Source: an uncultured Gammaproteobacteria bacterium
GTDB lineage: Bacteria > Pseudomonadota > Gammaproteobacteria > UBA9214
Length of the DNA: 64,000 nucleotides
Assembly: GCA_963827755.1 (NCBI GenBank)
Contig: CAWHCQ010000044.1
Span: forward strand, 35,087 to 99,086
Direction: 5' to 3'
Part shown: positions 10,883 through 21,520 of the stretch, one piece after another
Layout of the letters: every line of letters begins with the position of its first letter
How positions within the stretch are numbered: the first letter of the stretch is position 1
Program-made: the position numbers and the translations under genes
The notes under the pieces: model-generated
Seen by the model: only the letters and a program-made list of their open reading frames with translations
Told to the model about the DNA's origin: nothing
Database searches by the model: none

Positions 10883-12358
10883 ATGAAAATCCTTTTCGCC
10901 AGCAGTGAAGCACATCCCCTGGTCAAGACCGGTGGACTGGCCGATGTCGCCGGCAGTCTGCCACGCGCCATTCGCAACCTGAAACATGACATCCGCCTGA
11001 TTATCCCGGCCTACCGCCAGGTGCTCGAGCAGGCCGAGAAATTCACCTTTGTGACGCACCGGATACTCGTGGATATCGACCAGTCGGTACGGATACTCGC
11101 GGGCCGCCTGCCCGGCAGCAGCGTCATCCTCTACCTGGTCGATGCCCCCGAGCTGTTCGACCGCGAGGGCAAGCCGTACTCGGACATGAAGGGCACGACC
11201 TGGCCGGATAATGCCGATCGTTTCAGTGCCTTTTGCCGCACCATTACCGCCATTGCCATGGATGAAATCGGCCTCGACTGGAAACCGGACCTGGTGCATT
11301 GCAATGACTGGCAGACCGGGCTGGTGCCGCCGATGCTCGCGGTGCGCAAAAACAGCCCGCCAACGATATTCACCATCCACAACCTTGCCTACCAGGGCCT
11401 GTTCGACTGGAAAGTCTTCCAGAAGCTCAAGTTGCCCACCAACTTCTGGTCCACGGAAACAATGGAATTCCACAACCAGTTTTCCTTCATCAAGGGCGGT
11501 CTTGTTTTTGCAGACTGGATCACCACGGTAAGCCCGACCTATGCAAAAGAAATCTGCACCAGTGAATATGGCTGCGGACTTGAGGGACTGCTTGCGCATC
11601 GCAGGAATAATCTCACCGGCATTGTCAACGGTGTTGACTATGCTGTCTGGAACCCGGGGCGGGATCTGAATATTCCGGTAGTGTTCACCCAACGCTCATT
11701 GTTCCACAAGACTGAAAACAAGAGTGCACTGCAGGAACGTTTTGAACTGCCGGTTGATAATGACATTCCATTGTTTGCCATCATCAGCCGGCTGGTTGAA
11801 CAGAAAGGCATCGATCTCATTCTTGACATCGTTCCCGAGCTGGTTGAAAAAGGCGCACAACTTGTCATCCTTGGAAGTGGCGACAGCCAGCTGGAAGTGG
11901 ACATTCTCCAGGCGGAAAAAAAATACCCGCAACACCTCGGCGTAGTCATCGGTTACGACGAGCAGCTTGCACACCACATCGAGGCCGGCGCCGACATGTT
12001 CCTCATGCCGTCACGTTTCGAGCCCTGCGGACTTAACCAGATATACAGTCAGCGTTACGGCACTGTACCGATCGTGCGCCACACCGGCGGCCTGGCCGAC
12101 ACCGTCACAGACACCACCCCCGAAACACTGGCCGATAAAACCGCCACCGGCTTCAGTTTCAGGGAGGCCTCGGCAACCGCCCTGCGGGAGGCAGTCCAGC
12201 GGGCGCTCGAACACTACAAGGATGCGGATTCCTGGCAGCAGATAATGGTCAGCGGCATGAAACAGGACTTCAGCTGGACCCGCAGCGCCAGGCAATACCT
12301 GGCCCTCTACGAGCAGCTGCTTGCACCGCCAGGCAACGAAGATAAAGAAATTGCCTGA
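10883..12358 (+). CDS. glgA: Glycogen synthase
   Basis: MKILFASSEAHPLVKTGGLADV, HCNDWQTG, TIHNLAYQG, PSRFEPCGL. Confidence 0.97.
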   Translation: MKILFASSEAHPLVKTGGLADVAGSLPRAIRNLKHDIRLIIPAYRQVLEQAEKFTFVTHRILVDIDQSVRILAGRLPGSSVILYLVDAPELFDREGKPYSDMKGTTWPDNADRFSAFCRTITAIAMDEIGLDWKPDLVHCNDWQTGLVPPMLAVRKNSPPTIFTIHNLAYQGLFDWKVFQKLKLPTNFWSTETMEFHNQFSFIKGGLVFADWITTVSPTYAKEICTSEYGCGLEGLLAHRRNNLTGIVNGVDYAVWNPGRDLNIPVVFTQRSLFHKTENKSALQERFELPVDNDIPLFAIISRLVEQKGIDLILDIVPELVEKGAQLVILGSGDSQLEVDILQAEKKYPQHLGVVIGYDEQLAHHIEAGADMFLMPSRFEPCGLNQIYSQRYGTVPIVRHTGGLADTVTDTTPETLADKTATGFSFREASATALREAVQRALEHYKDADSWQQIMVSGMKQDFSWTRSARQYLALYEQLLAPPGNEDKEIA

Positions 12359-12434
12359 TTGTAATTCAGTAGCTTATGGAGATTATCTGGAATGAACTTT
12401 AAAATATTCCGGTAGCACAATCGACGGCTATCGG

Positions 12435-12491
12435 TATAATCCACAGCCCCGAAACATGAGAAGGCCATGCCCCGGCGTGGCCTTTTTATTT
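12435..12491 (+). promoter_or_regulatory. TATAAT box followed by hairpin plus T-tract immediately before ppc
   Basis: TATAAT 12435-12440; AAGGCCATGC-CCCG-GCGTGGCCTT then TTTATTT (12461-12491). Confidence 0.5.
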
Positions 12492-12493
12492 CA

Positions 12494-15325
12494 ATGACAC
12501 GACCACCGATCCTGCCGTTTACACAGTCCGGCGACAATGACCTGCGCAACCGTGTGCGCCTGTTCGGCAACCTGCTCGGTGAGGTCCTGCGCGAACAGGC
12601 CGGCAAGGAAATCTTCGATGCGGTCGAGACACTGCGTCGCGGCTATATCCGTTTACGCAAGCAGGAAAACAGCAAGACCCGGGGCCGTCTTGCCCGCGTC
12701 ATCGAGCACCTGTCACCGGATGAACTGACCGACGTCATCCGTGCATTCAACCTTTACTTCAGTCTCGTCAATATTGCGGAGGAATCATTCCAGCACCGGC
12801 AGCGCCGTCGCCAGGCACGCACCCAGGGCCCCGTGTGGCATGGCTCGTTCACCCGGACCCTGATGGAGTTCAGGGAACAGGGCATCGAGGCGTCACAATT
12901 GCAAACCCTGCTGGACAGGACACTCTACCTGCCGGTGTTTACGGCTCACCCGACCGAGGCCATCCGTCGCACGGTCATGTATGCACTGCGGCGTATTTTC
13001 ATTACCGGCGATAAACTCAACAATACGCGTCTCGGCATCGATGAACGCAACGATATCCGCCAGGCCATCAAGCAACAGATACAGGTGTTATGGAAGACCG
13101 ATGAAGTACGCCTGCACAAACCCACGGTAGAAGACGAAATCCGTAACGGCCTGTATTACTTTCGCGAGAGCCTGTTCGAGGCCGTGCCGCAAACCTACCG
13201 CTACCTCGAAAAGGCCATCAGCCGCACCTATGCAAACGACGATGGTGCAACACCGCCGGTCGTGCCCGGTGGCCTGATGCAGTTCGGCTCATGGATAGGC
13301 GGCGACAGGGACGGCAACCCGCATGTAAAACCGGCAACAACCGTGTCCGCACTGCGCATGCATATGCGCGAGATCCTCACCGCCTACGTGAGCAGCCTGA
13401 CAAAGCTCGGTCAGCGGCTGACGCATTCCGCTCGCCTGTGCGGCTTTTCGGCCAGCCTGCTCGAAAGCATCAGCCGGGATAATGAACGTTTTCCCGAGGC
13501 CTTCAGGAATTTCCCGGATCATTTCAGGCACGAACCCTACCGGCGCAAGCTGGGCATCATGCGCCATCGCCTGGCCCTCAATCTCGACGCCGTCAACGAA
13601 CGGCTGGATAACCCGGATATCGATCCTGCAACCCAGCCCCTGGGGTATGCAACCGAGCAGGAACTGCTGCAGGACCTGTTCCTGATTCGCGACTCGCTGA
13701 CTGAAAATGGCGATGTCAGCCTGGCCGATGCCCGGCTGAAAGACCTGATCCGCCTGGTCGAGACCTTCGGTTTTTACCTGATGCATCTCGATATTCGCCA
13801 GGAATCGACCCGCCACAGCGAGGCGGTCACCGAGCTGTGCAGGCAGCTGCCGGAGGCCGTTGATTATGCCTCACTGGATGAGAATGCCCGCCAGCAGTAC
13901 CTGACGCGGGCACTTGCCACCACTCCGCCGGACATTGATCGCCGCATGCTCAGCGAGGACACGCGTGAAACACTCGAGGTGCTCGATGTCATGCGCCGCA
14001 TGCAGGGCGAGATCAGTCCGAATGCCTTCGGCAACTACGTCATCTCGATGACGCATACCGCCAGCCATGTCCTCGAGGTGATGTACCTTGCGTGGCTGAC
14101 CGGACTGGCCGGCAGCAACAACGGTGAATGGTTTTGCCGGATCCGTATCAGCCCCCTGTTCGAAACCATCGATGACCTGGATCATGTTGAAGATGTACTG
14201 ACACAATTACTCGACAATGAAACCTACCGGGCATTACTCCATGAAGCCTGCAAGTGCCAGGAGATCATGCTGGGTTATTCCGACTCCTGCAAGGACGGCG
14301 GCATCCTTGCCTCCAACTGGAGCCTGTACCACGCCCAGAAAAAGATCATCGCGATTACCGGACGCTATGGTATCGAGGTCCGCCTGTTCCATGGCCGCGG
14401 CGGCACCGTGGGTCGCGGCGGCGGCCCGACTCACGATGCGATTCTTTCGCAACCCAATGGCACCGTGCACGGCCAGATCAAGTTCACCGAGCAGGGAGAG
14501 GTACTGCGTTACAAGTACAGCAATGCGGAAACCGCCACCTACGAATTGTCCATCGGCGTCACCGGCCTGCTGAAGGCAAGCCGCAACCTGATCACGGAAC
14601 AGAAAGTTGAGCATAGTGACTACACGGACGTCATGGACGAACTCACCAGGCTGGGTGAAGCCAGCTACCGTGACCTGATCGACCACACCGAGGGCCTGTT
14701 CGATTATTTCTACGAAGTCACCCCGGTCACCGAGATCGGCCTGCTGAACATCGGTTCACGCCCGTCACACCGCAAGTCACAGGACCGCTCCAAGACCTCG
14801 ATCCGCGCGATTCCCTGGGTATTCGGCTGGGCACAGGCCCGGCATACCCTGCCGGCCTGGTACGGGCTCGGCAGTGCGCTGGAGAGCTGGCGTGGCACTG
14901 ACCCGGCACGGCTCACCCGCCTGCAGGAGATGCACCGGGAGTGGCCGTTCTTCCGGAACCTGATCAGCAATATCCAGATGGCGCTTTACAAGGGCGAGAT
15001 GGGCATCGCCCATGAATACACGCGGCTTGCCAGCAATCACGAAGAGGCCGAGCGTATTTACAAGCGCATTCGGGACGAATACGCGCGCACCGTCACCCAG
15101 GTACTGGACATCAGCGGTAATCACCTGTTGCTGGAAGACAACCCCTCCCTCGGGCTGTCGCTGTATCGGCGCGACCCGTACCTCGACCCGTTGAACAATA
15201 TCCAGATCACCCTGTTGTCACGCTACCGCGACGAGAACCTGAACGATGATCAGCGCGATCGCTGGCTGCACCCGCTGCTGCGCTCCATCAACGCCATCGC
15301 CAGCGGCATGCGCAATACCGGGTGA
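12494..15325 (+). CDS. ppc: Phosphoenolpyruvate carboxylase
   Basis: VFTAHPTE, SWIGGDRDGNP, QEIMLGYSDSCKDGG, FHGRGGTVGRGGG, RAIPWVF, C-terminal MRNTG. Alternative start at 12467. Confidence 0.98.
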   Translation: MTRPPILPFTQSGDNDLRNRVRLFGNLLGEVLREQAGKEIFDAVETLRRGYIRLRKQENSKTRGRLARVIEHLSPDELTDVIRAFNLYFSLVNIAEESFQHRQRRRQARTQGPVWHGSFTRTLMEFREQGIEASQLQTLLDRTLYLPVFTAHPTEAIRRTVMYALRRIFITGDKLNNTRLGIDERNDIRQAIKQQIQVLWKTDEVRLHKPTVEDEIRNGLYYFRESLFEAVPQTYRYLEKAISRTYANDDGATPPVVPGGLMQFGSWIGGDRDGNPHVKPATTVSALRMHMREILTAYVSSLTKLGQRLTHSARLCGFSASLLESISRDNERFPEAFRNFPDHFRHEPYRRKLGIMRHRLALNLDAVNERLDNPDIDPATQPLGYATEQELLQDLFLIRDSLTENGDVSLADARLKDLIRLVETFGFYLMHLDIRQESTRHSEAVTELCRQLPEAVDYASLDENARQQYLTRALATTPPDIDRRMLSEDTRETLEVLDVMRRMQGEISPNAFGNYVISMTHTASHVLEVMYLAWLTGLAGSNNGEWFCRIRISPLFETIDDLDHVEDVLTQLLDNETYRALLHEACKCQEIMLGYSDSCKDGGILASNWSLYHAQKKIIAITGRYGIEVRLFHGRGGTVGRGGGPTHDAILSQPNGTVHGQIKFTEQGEVLRYKYSNAETATYELSIGVTGLLKASRNLITEQKVEHSDYTDVMDELTRLGEASYRDLIDHTEGLFDYFYEVTPVTEIGLLNIGSRPSHRKSQDRSKTSIRAIPWVFGWAQARHTLPAWYGLGSALESWRGTDPARLTRLQEMHREWPFFRNLISNIQMALYKGEMGIAHEYTRLASNHEEAERIYKRIRDEYARTVTQVLDISGNHLLLEDNPSLGLSLYRRDPYLDPLNNIQITLLSRYRDENLNDDQRDRWLHPLLRSINAIASGMRNTG

Positions 15326-15339
15326 TTTCGCACCGGTTA

Positions 15340-17286
15340 TTACTGCTTCTCCGCCGCATCGACCAGCTGCGGCCAGGCAATCAGCATGTACGGCATGGAG
15401 GCCGGCGAGTCCGCAAGCTGCGCACCGGCCCAGGCGGCTGTCTTGCGGGCCAGGTCACGGTAGCTGTTTTTACCGGTGAGCCTCGCCAGGTCATGGAGCA
15501 CATGCACGGCGATGCCATTGACTGACAGGGTGGCGCCATCACTGGCCTCTTTCTCGCGCAGCCATAATTCGGTGTCCGCCGGGCTGTTGAAAAAACCGCC
15601 CGCCGCTTCATCCCCGTAGTCTGCAAGCAGCCTGTCCACCAGGCCCTGCGCCTTCACCAGCCAGTGTTTGTCGGCAGTCACCTTGTGCAGCGCGATCAGG
15701 CCCTCGGCCAGGGCCGCATAGTCTTCACTGAACCCGGGGGCACCGCGCACCCCGTTGCGCCAGTCGCGGAATAACACACCGGTTTTTTGATCATAGAGTG
15801 CATCCAGCAGGAACCCGGCGGTCTTTTCCGCGGCCTTGATATAACGCGGCTCATCAAGCGCGCGCCCGGCCAGTGCCAGCGTGGTTATCATGTAGCCGTT
15901 CCACACGGTGACGACCTTGTCATCAACGGGGACGGCTGGACGCCGGGCGCGCGCCTTCAACAACAACTCATCGACGCGGGCATTGCGCTGACTGGCGCTG
16001 ATGAGGTCGAGCTTGAATTTATGCGCCAGTTCTTTTGCATCGAGGGCGGCGTAGAGCACGTTCTTGTCCTGCATTTCACCCAGGGGATCAGTAACCGCAT
16101 TGCCGCGTTCACTGGCGCCGTAACGTGCCACCGCCCAGTCGCGCAACGGGCCATCGCCCAGCGCCTCCGTCAATTGCCGCCAGCTCCATGTGTAATACGC
16201 GCCCTCTTCCATGTGCGCGGATGCGTTCCCGGGCACCGGGCTGTCCGCACCCAGTGCGGAATAAAAACCGCCGCCGGCACCGCGCATTTCAGCGAGGCTA
16301 AAATCAAGGGTCTTGCGCACCAGCGCGGCATAGCGGTCTTCACGGCTGCGACGCCAGGCATACAGGCAGGCGCGTGCAATCAGCGCCTGGTCGTAGAGCA
16401 TCTTCTCAAAATGCGGCACACGCCAGTCGAAGTCGGTGGAATAGCGGTGAAAACCGCCACCAAGCTGGTCATGGATGCCGCCCGCCGCCATTCGGTCCAG
16501 GGTGAACAGGGCCATGTCGGCAGCGGCCTGCTGTGACGACTCCAGCAGAAACATCAACCTCGCAGGCTGGGGAAACTTCGGTGCCGGCTCAAAGCCCCCC
16601 TGGATTTCGTCAAATGCCGCGGCAAAATATTCCTGCGCCCTTTCCACCGGTTCATTGTCCAGCGTCTGCAGCGGTTTTACCGAAGTCTCGAGATTGCGCA
16701 TCACGGCCACGGCCTGCAGGGCCGTCTCCCGAATACCTGCCTCGTCGTCCTTCCAGAGACCGGCCAGCATGGGCAACAGGGAGTCCATGCCGTTCTTGCC
16801 CATGCTGGCATGGGGTGGAAAATAGGTGCCACCTACAAACGGATCCCCGTCCGGTGTGGCCCACACCGACATCGGCCAGCCGCCGCGGCCCTGAGTCAGG
16901 GTGACATAAAGCATATAGGCGTCATCAATATCCGGGCGTTGCTCCCGGTCGACCTTGATCGAGACAAAACTGTCGTTCAACAGTTTGGCGATCGCCGGGT
17001 TCTCAAAGGACTCGCGCGCCATGACATGGCACCAGTGACAGGTGAAATAGCCGACGGAAATAAACAGCGGCTTGTTTTCCCGGCGCGCCTTCTCAAAGGC
17101 CTGCTCACCCCAGGGATACCATTCGACCGGGTTGTCGGCATGCATGTTCAGGTAGGGGCTGGACTCTGCCGCCAGCCGCCAGCCGCCGCTCTTGCCGGTT
17201 TGCGCCTGCACATAACAGGCACCCAGCAGCAACAACAGGGCCGGGAGAAATAAATGATGAACGCGTTTCATTGTGATAGAGACCAC
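15340..17286 (-). CDS. Thioredoxin-domain protein, YyaL/SSP411 (DUF255) family, with signal peptide
   Basis: [52 protein letters not shown]. Confidence 0.93.
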   Translation of the reverse strand: MVSITMKRVHHLFLPALLLLLGACYVQAQTGKSGGWRLAAESSPYLNMHADNPVEWYPWGEQAFEKARRENKPLFISVGYFTCHWCHVMARESFENPAIAKLLNDSFVSIKVDREQRPDIDDAYMLYVTLTQGRGGWPMSVWATPDGDPFVGGTYFPPHASMGKNGMDSLLPMLAGLWKDDEAGIRETALQAVAVMRNLETSVKPLQTLDNEPVERAQEYFAAAFDEIQGGFEPAPKFPQPARLMFLLESSQQAAADMALFTLDRMAAGGIHDQLGGGFHRYSTDFDWRVPHFEKMLYDQALIARACLYAWRRSREDRYAALVRKTLDFSLAEMRGAGGGFYSALGADSPVPGNASAHMEEGAYYTWSWRQLTEALGDGPLRDWAVARYGASERGNAVTDPLGEMQDKNVLYAALDAKELAHKFKLDLISASQRNARVDELLLKARARRPAVPVDDKVVTVWNGYMITTLALAGRALDEPRYIKAAEKTAGFLLDALYDQKTGVLFRDWRNGVRGAPGFSEDYAALAEGLIALHKVTADKHWLVKAQGLVDRLLADYGDEAAGGFFNSPADTELWLREKEASDGATLSVNGIAVHVLHDLARLTGKNSYRDLARKTAAWAGAQLADSPASMPYMLIAWPQLVDAAEKQ

Positions 17287-18050
17287 TGTTCGAGCCGCAA
17301 TACTTCACGCGCGTTCGCCGTGGTCTGGCGGGCAATCACCTGCGGATCCGCATCGCGCACCCCGGCCAGTGCCGCCAGGCAAAATGGCAAATACTCCGGA
17401 CTGTTGCGTTCACCCCGGTGTTGCGCCACGGTCATGTCCGGGGCGTCCGTTTCAAGCACAATGGATTCAAGCGGCAGTGCCGCTGCCAGCGCGCGCAGCT
17501 TGCTGGATCGCTCGAACGTCAACATGCCGCCGAAGCCAAGCTTGAAACCCAGGCCGGTATATTCACCAGCCTGCTGCAGGCTGCCATTGAAGGCATGGGC
17601 GATACCGCCGCGCACACCAATGCGTTTCAGTATCGACAGCATCCGGTCATGTGCCTTGCGCACATGCAGGATAACCGGCAAATCCGCGGCCCGCGCCATC
17701 GCCAGCTGCGCCTCCAGCAATGCCTGCTGGCGCACCCGGTCAAGGTCTTTGAGGTAATAATCGAGCCCGATCTCGCCAACGGCTACCGGCCTGTGCTCAG
17801 CCAGCTGATTCTCAAGTGTCTTCAGGTCGGCAGCGCTATGTTGCTCCAGGTAGACCGGGTGCAGGCCCAGCGCCGGGTACAGGCTGGCGTCAGCTGCGCA
17901 GCATTTCCGCAAGTGGTCCCAGCCGGCAGACTCTACGCCCGGCACCACGATCGCGTTCACACCGCTGGCGCGACTGCGCTCGAGGACAGCCCGCCGGTCC
18001 GCATCGAAGGCAGGCAGGTCCAGGTGGCAATGGGTATCAACGAGTTCCAT
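17268..18050 (-). CDS. tatD: TatD family deoxyribonuclease (YjjV-like)
   Basis: DTHCHLD, GLHP, VGEIGLD, HAFNGS, LETDAP. Confidence 0.93.
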   Translation of the reverse strand: MELVDTHCHLDLPAFDADRRAVLERSRASGVNAIVVPGVESAGWDHLRKCCAADASLYPALGLHPVYLEQHSAADLKTLENQLAEHRPVAVGEIGLDYYLKDLDRVRQQALLEAQLAMARAADLPVILHVRKAHDRMLSILKRIGVRGGIAHAFNGSLQQAGEYTGLGFKLGFGGMLTFERSSKLRALAAALPLESIVLETDAPDMTVAQHRGERNSPEYLPFCLAALAGVRDADPQVIARQTTANAREVLRLEQWSLSQ

Positions 18051-18111
18051 TGCCGGATTGTATGCGTTTGCAGGAATCAAACACAGCCGTTTTCTGGTAT
18101 GTTTCCGCTAA

Positions 18112-18924
18112 ATGAAGACACCTGAACAACTTATGATCGACGATGCAGCGGACATGGAACGTCGCTTCGGCGGCATTCGCCGCCTCTATGGAAGACATGC
18201 GCTGCAAAACTTCATGCAGTCCCGTATCTGTATCATCGGTATCGGCGGTGTTGGTTCCTGGGCCGCGGAGGCACTGGCACGTTCAGCCATCGGGCATATC
18301 ACGCTCATCGACCTCGACCATGTTGCCGAGTCCAACATCAACCGTCAGCTGCATGCCCTCAGCGGGACACTGGGTATGGCGAAGGTGCGGGTCATGGCGG
18401 AACGCATCGCGCAAATCAATCCGCACTGCGAACCGGATGCCATCGAGGAACACCTCACTCACGAGAAGCTCGATGCCCTGCTGGACCGGAATTACGATTA
18501 CATCATCGATTGCGTCGACGGCTACCGCATCAAGGCCGCACTGGTTGCACACTGCAAACGCAACAAATTCCGTGTAATCACCGTCGGGGGTGCGGGCGGG
18601 CTGACCGACCCGACACGCATACAGGTCGCCGACCTCAGCCGCACCGAGCACGATGCCCTGTTCTCGAAGACCCGCCAGTTATTAAGGCAGGAATATAATT
18701 TCCCCCGGAACCTGAAGCGGCGCTTCGATGTCCCCTGCGTCTACTCGCTGGAACAACCCGTTTTTCCATCCGCCGACGGGGATATCAGCGTGGAGAAACC
18801 GGCCGATCAGAAAGCCGGCGGACTCGGCTGTGCAGGCGGGCTGGGCTCCGTGACGGCAGTGACGGCCACTTTCGGAATGGTCGCCGCGGCGCATGTCCTG
18901 AAGAAACTCGCTGCCGGTCCATAG
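18112..18924 (+). CDS. tcdA: tRNA threonylcarbamoyladenosine dehydratase
   Basis: RRFGGIRRLYG, GIGGVGSWAAEALARSAIG, SNINRQLHA; ThiF-family fold. Confidence 0.94.
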   Translation: MKTPEQLMIDDAADMERRFGGIRRLYGRHALQNFMQSRICIIGIGGVGSWAAEALARSAIGHITLIDLDHVAESNINRQLHALSGTLGMAKVRVMAERIAQINPHCEPDAIEEHLTHEKLDALLDRNYDYIIDCVDGYRIKAALVAHCKRNKFRVITVGGAGGLTDPTRIQVADLSRTEHDALFSKTRQLLRQEYNFPRNLKRRFDVPCVYSLEQPVFPSADGDISVEKPADQKAGGLGCAGGLGSVTAVTATFGMVAAAHVLKKLAAGP

Positions 18925-18928
18925 AGCA

Positions 18929-18953
18929 AATCGCGCCTGCAGGGCGCTCCAGC
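18929..18953 (-). repeat. Degenerate single REP-like element
   Basis: Reverse complement GCTGGAGCGCCCTGCAGGCGCGATT resembles the GTAGGAGCG...CGCGA REP class seen at 50918 and 52675. Confidence 0.45.
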
Positions 18954-18962
18954 AGGAGCATG

Positions 18963-19505
18963 TCAGGGATTAAACCCTTCCTCTGAATTCAGCCACTCGA
19001 TTTCCTCCGGCGTACTCTCACGTCCGAGAATTTTATTGCGGTGCGGGAAACGGCCAAAGCGCCGAATGATTTCCCGGTGGCTTCGCGCCCATTTGAGATT
19101 ATCTTCAAGGCCGGCGGTTTCAAACAACATGACAGAGCGGTCCTGATCAGCAAGTGACTCGCTGTGCATGAACGGCAGGTAAAAGAAAGCCATGTACGCG
19201 TCTGCCAGCTCTATATCGAATCCATTTCCGATGGCACGTCGCGCCACCTGCCTGGACTGTTCCTCGCTGCTGAAACCCTGCGGCTGGTTACGAAACATGT
19301 TCAGGGGAAACTGGTCCAGCAAAATGACCAGTGCCAGTGCGCCTGTGGCCGTTTCCTCCCAGTCATCCAGCTCACCGTTGCACGCCTGCTGCCAGAGGGC
19401 CTCAAAGCGGTCCTTCACAAGGCGATCATATTCAGGGGTTGATGCAAACCAGCGCGCCCGCGATTCTTCGGAGAACCAGAAATCGAGTACCTCATCGGCT
19501 GTCAT
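18963..19505 (-). CDS. DUF924 family protein
   Basis: VLDFWF, ILLDQFPLNMFR, FFYLPFMHSE, RFGRFPHRNKILGREST. Confidence 0.93.
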   Translation of the reverse strand: MTADEVLDFWFSEESRARWFASTPEYDRLVKDRFEALWQQACNGELDDWEETATGALALVILLDQFPLNMFRNQPQGFSSEEQSRQVARRAIGNGFDIELADAYMAFFYLPFMHSESLADQDRSVMLFETAGLEDNLKWARSHREIIRRFGRFPHRNKILGRESTPEEIEWLNSEEGFNP

Positions 19506-19639
19506 CGGGGAGATCTGCGCGCCCTGTATCCGCGGGCCGGCCGGGTTGCGCACCCCGGTCCCGGGTTCAGCCGGTGCGGCAGGCGGCACGCCGCGGCAAC
19601 AACGCTCATATCACCGGCCGGTACCCGGCGGGCTGTATT

Positions 19640-19990
19640 TTATTGAACGCTGCCAAAGCCCTTGTCGGCACTGCCTGCCGGTGGTTCAAGTCCGGCCAGA
19701 CGACAGCCCTGGGTGACGGGTCCACCCGGGAACAGCTTGTAAAGGTATTTCATGCCACCATGGGAATGAAAGCGTTCCTCCAGGGCATCATGCAACTCAC
19801 GACTGTTGATCCTCGGTTCATCATGCCGTGAGTAAAACTCCTGCAATGCCCGGACCATCTCCCAGTGCCCGCTGTCAGCATGCAAACCGTCCTCTGCAGC
19901 CTTGCTGATCGCCTCTTCCCGGGTCCACCCCTCCGGGGCATCTGGAAAGTCCGGATTCGTTACACCATTACCGCCCCTTGTATTGATCAC
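19640..19990 (-). CDS. TusE/DsrC/DsvC family protein lacking C-terminal Cys (RspA-type)
   Basis: WTREEA...HWEMVRALQEFY...YLYKLFPGGPVTQGCRLAGL; ends ...DKGFGSVQ; GGAGG SD before GTG. Confidence 0.88.
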   Translation of the reverse strand: MINTRGGNGVTNPDFPDAPEGWTREEAISKAAEDGLHADSGHWEMVRALQEFYSRHDEPRINSRELHDALEERFHSHGGMKYLYKLFPGGPVTQGCRLAGLEPPAGSADKGFGSVQ

Positions 19991-20034
19991 AATATAGTCC
20001 TCCGTGTTACAACATTTTTTTACTTTTCGAGATA

Positions 20035-20063
20035 ACTCTAGCTGGCACTCGGCACTCTATCAA
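20035..20063 (-). promoter_or_regulatory. Putative sigma70 promoter of the DsrC-like gene
   Basis: Minus strand TTGATA-17 bp-TAGAGT; the spacer holds the direct repeat GAGTGCC-GAGTGCC. Confidence 0.5.
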
Positions 20064-20079
20064 GTCATTTGTCGGCAAA

Positions 20080-20544
20080 TCAGTGCAGCAGGTAACGTCC
20101 GCCCGTGGCAATCGCCACAACAGCCAGCCCCAGTGCCAGATTGATCCCGACGAGGATACGTATCTGCGCCAGGGATCGCGCTCCCGCCTGCCAGTCAGCC
20201 GCCGCGACGGCCCGCTTCAGGCGCTTGAAGGGTGCGAAGAAGACATGCAGGAAAAGCAGCATCATCAGGTAGCCGATCCACACCATCAGGTGTACATGCA
20301 GGCCGACGGCATCGAATCCGCCATAAAAAGACAGCACCATCCAGTAACCGCTGGCCAGCAACACGGCGATCGAGGCGAACACCCACGGAAAGAACCTGGC
20401 AAACACACCCGCCCACAGGCCGAGCCGGTGCGGCGGCTCCAGCCGGCCGGCAGCCACAGGCCGCAAAACCACATAGGCAAAAAACATTCCGCCAACCCAT
20501 ATCACTGCTGAAAGCGCATGCAGTGCAAGCATCAATGCCATCAT
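20080..20544 (-). CDS. CopD-like / DUF4149-like integral membrane protein
   Basis: LHALSAVIWVGGMFFAYVVLRP; four hydrophobic helices. Confidence 0.8.
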   Translation of the reverse strand: MMALMLALHALSAVIWVGGMFFAYVVLRPVAAGRLEPPHRLGLWAGVFARFFPWVFASIAVLLASGYWMVLSFYGGFDAVGLHVHLMVWIGYLMMLLFLHVFFAPFKRLKRAVAAADWQAGARSLAQIRILVGINLALGLAVVAIATGGRYLLH

Positions 20545-20625
20545 TGTTTCTCTCCCGGTACGATTAAAAATGAAGCATATTGTGACATATCCGCAAGACC
20601 ACAGGATGCCGGCAGGAAAAACAGG

Positions 20626-20889
20626 TCAGCCCCCGAGTTCATTGATCTCCGAGGCAATCAATTGCAGCTTGTCAGCACGCAGCAGCTTCTTGATCGCCGC
20701 CTCGCGTTTGCTCGCCGTACTGCGTGTGTGCCCGCTCTCCAGGTACACAACCTTACCGGGCTCATGGCCACGGAAATACCTTGCACGGCGCGCTCCGGCA
20801 TGTTCCGAGAAGCGCCGTTCGATGTCGAGCGTAATCCCCGTATAGAGAGAATCATCGCTGCAAAGAATGATATATACCTGCCATTTCAC
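20626..20889 (-). CDS. GIY-YIG nuclease family protein (UPF0213/YhbQ-like)
   Basis: WQVYIILCSDDSLYTGIT.DIERRFSEH...ASKREAAIKKL. Confidence 0.9.
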   Translation of the reverse strand: MKWQVYIILCSDDSLYTGITLDIERRFSEHAGARRARYFRGHEPGKVVYLESGHTRSTASKREAAIKKLLRADKLQLIASEINELGG

Positions 20890-21016
20890 CCGGATATGAT
20901 AACAATTTACGGCATCTGCAGGCAGCTGAATGCACAGCAGCATGCCAATATGTTAGGATTCGCGGCCATTCTGGCAGTACGCCAGCAACCGGTTTCAGTC
21001 CCAGAGGAGAAGAGTA

Positions 21017-21503
21017 ATGCAAATCGCCGACAATCATGTTGTTTTCATCAACTACACACTCAAGGATGATACCGGGAAAATCCTGGACCAATCTGATGAC
21101 GGCAGCTTTTGTTACCTGCATGGTGCAAGCAATATCATCTCCGGGCCTCGAAAACGCCCTGACCGGCAAGCAGGCCGGCGATGAAATGTCGGTTTCCATT
21201 GCACCTGAAGACGGCTACGGGACACACGACAAGGAGAAACTGCAACAGGTGTCCCGGGAAATGTTTCCGCCCGAGCAGGATGTCGTGGCGGGCATGCAAT
21301 TTCACGCAGAAGGTCCGGACGGCCAGTACATAATCGTGACAGTGGCTTCAGTCGAGGGCGACCAGGTAACAATAGACGGCAATCACCCGCTGGCCGGCGT
21401 GCAACTCAACTTTGATGTAACCGTCATGGATATCCGCAATGCAACCAGCGAAGAACTGGAACACGGCCATGTGCATGGACCTGAAGGTCATGCTCACGAC
21501 TGA
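21017..21503 (+). CDS. slyD: FKBP-type peptidyl-prolyl isomerase SlyD (frameshift near 21139, probable sequencing error)
   Basis: MQIADNHVVFINYTLKDDTG...YLHGASNII, then +1 shift to PGLENAL...DGNHPLAG...EELEHGHVHG. Confidence 0.93.
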
Positions 21504-21520
21504 TTGCAGGCGAGCCGGCC

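Noticed and set aside
20041-20057. CIRCE (HrcA) element
   Set aside because: The half-site-like GAGTGCC units are direct repeats, not the TTAGCACTC-N9-GAGTGCTAA inverted repeat.
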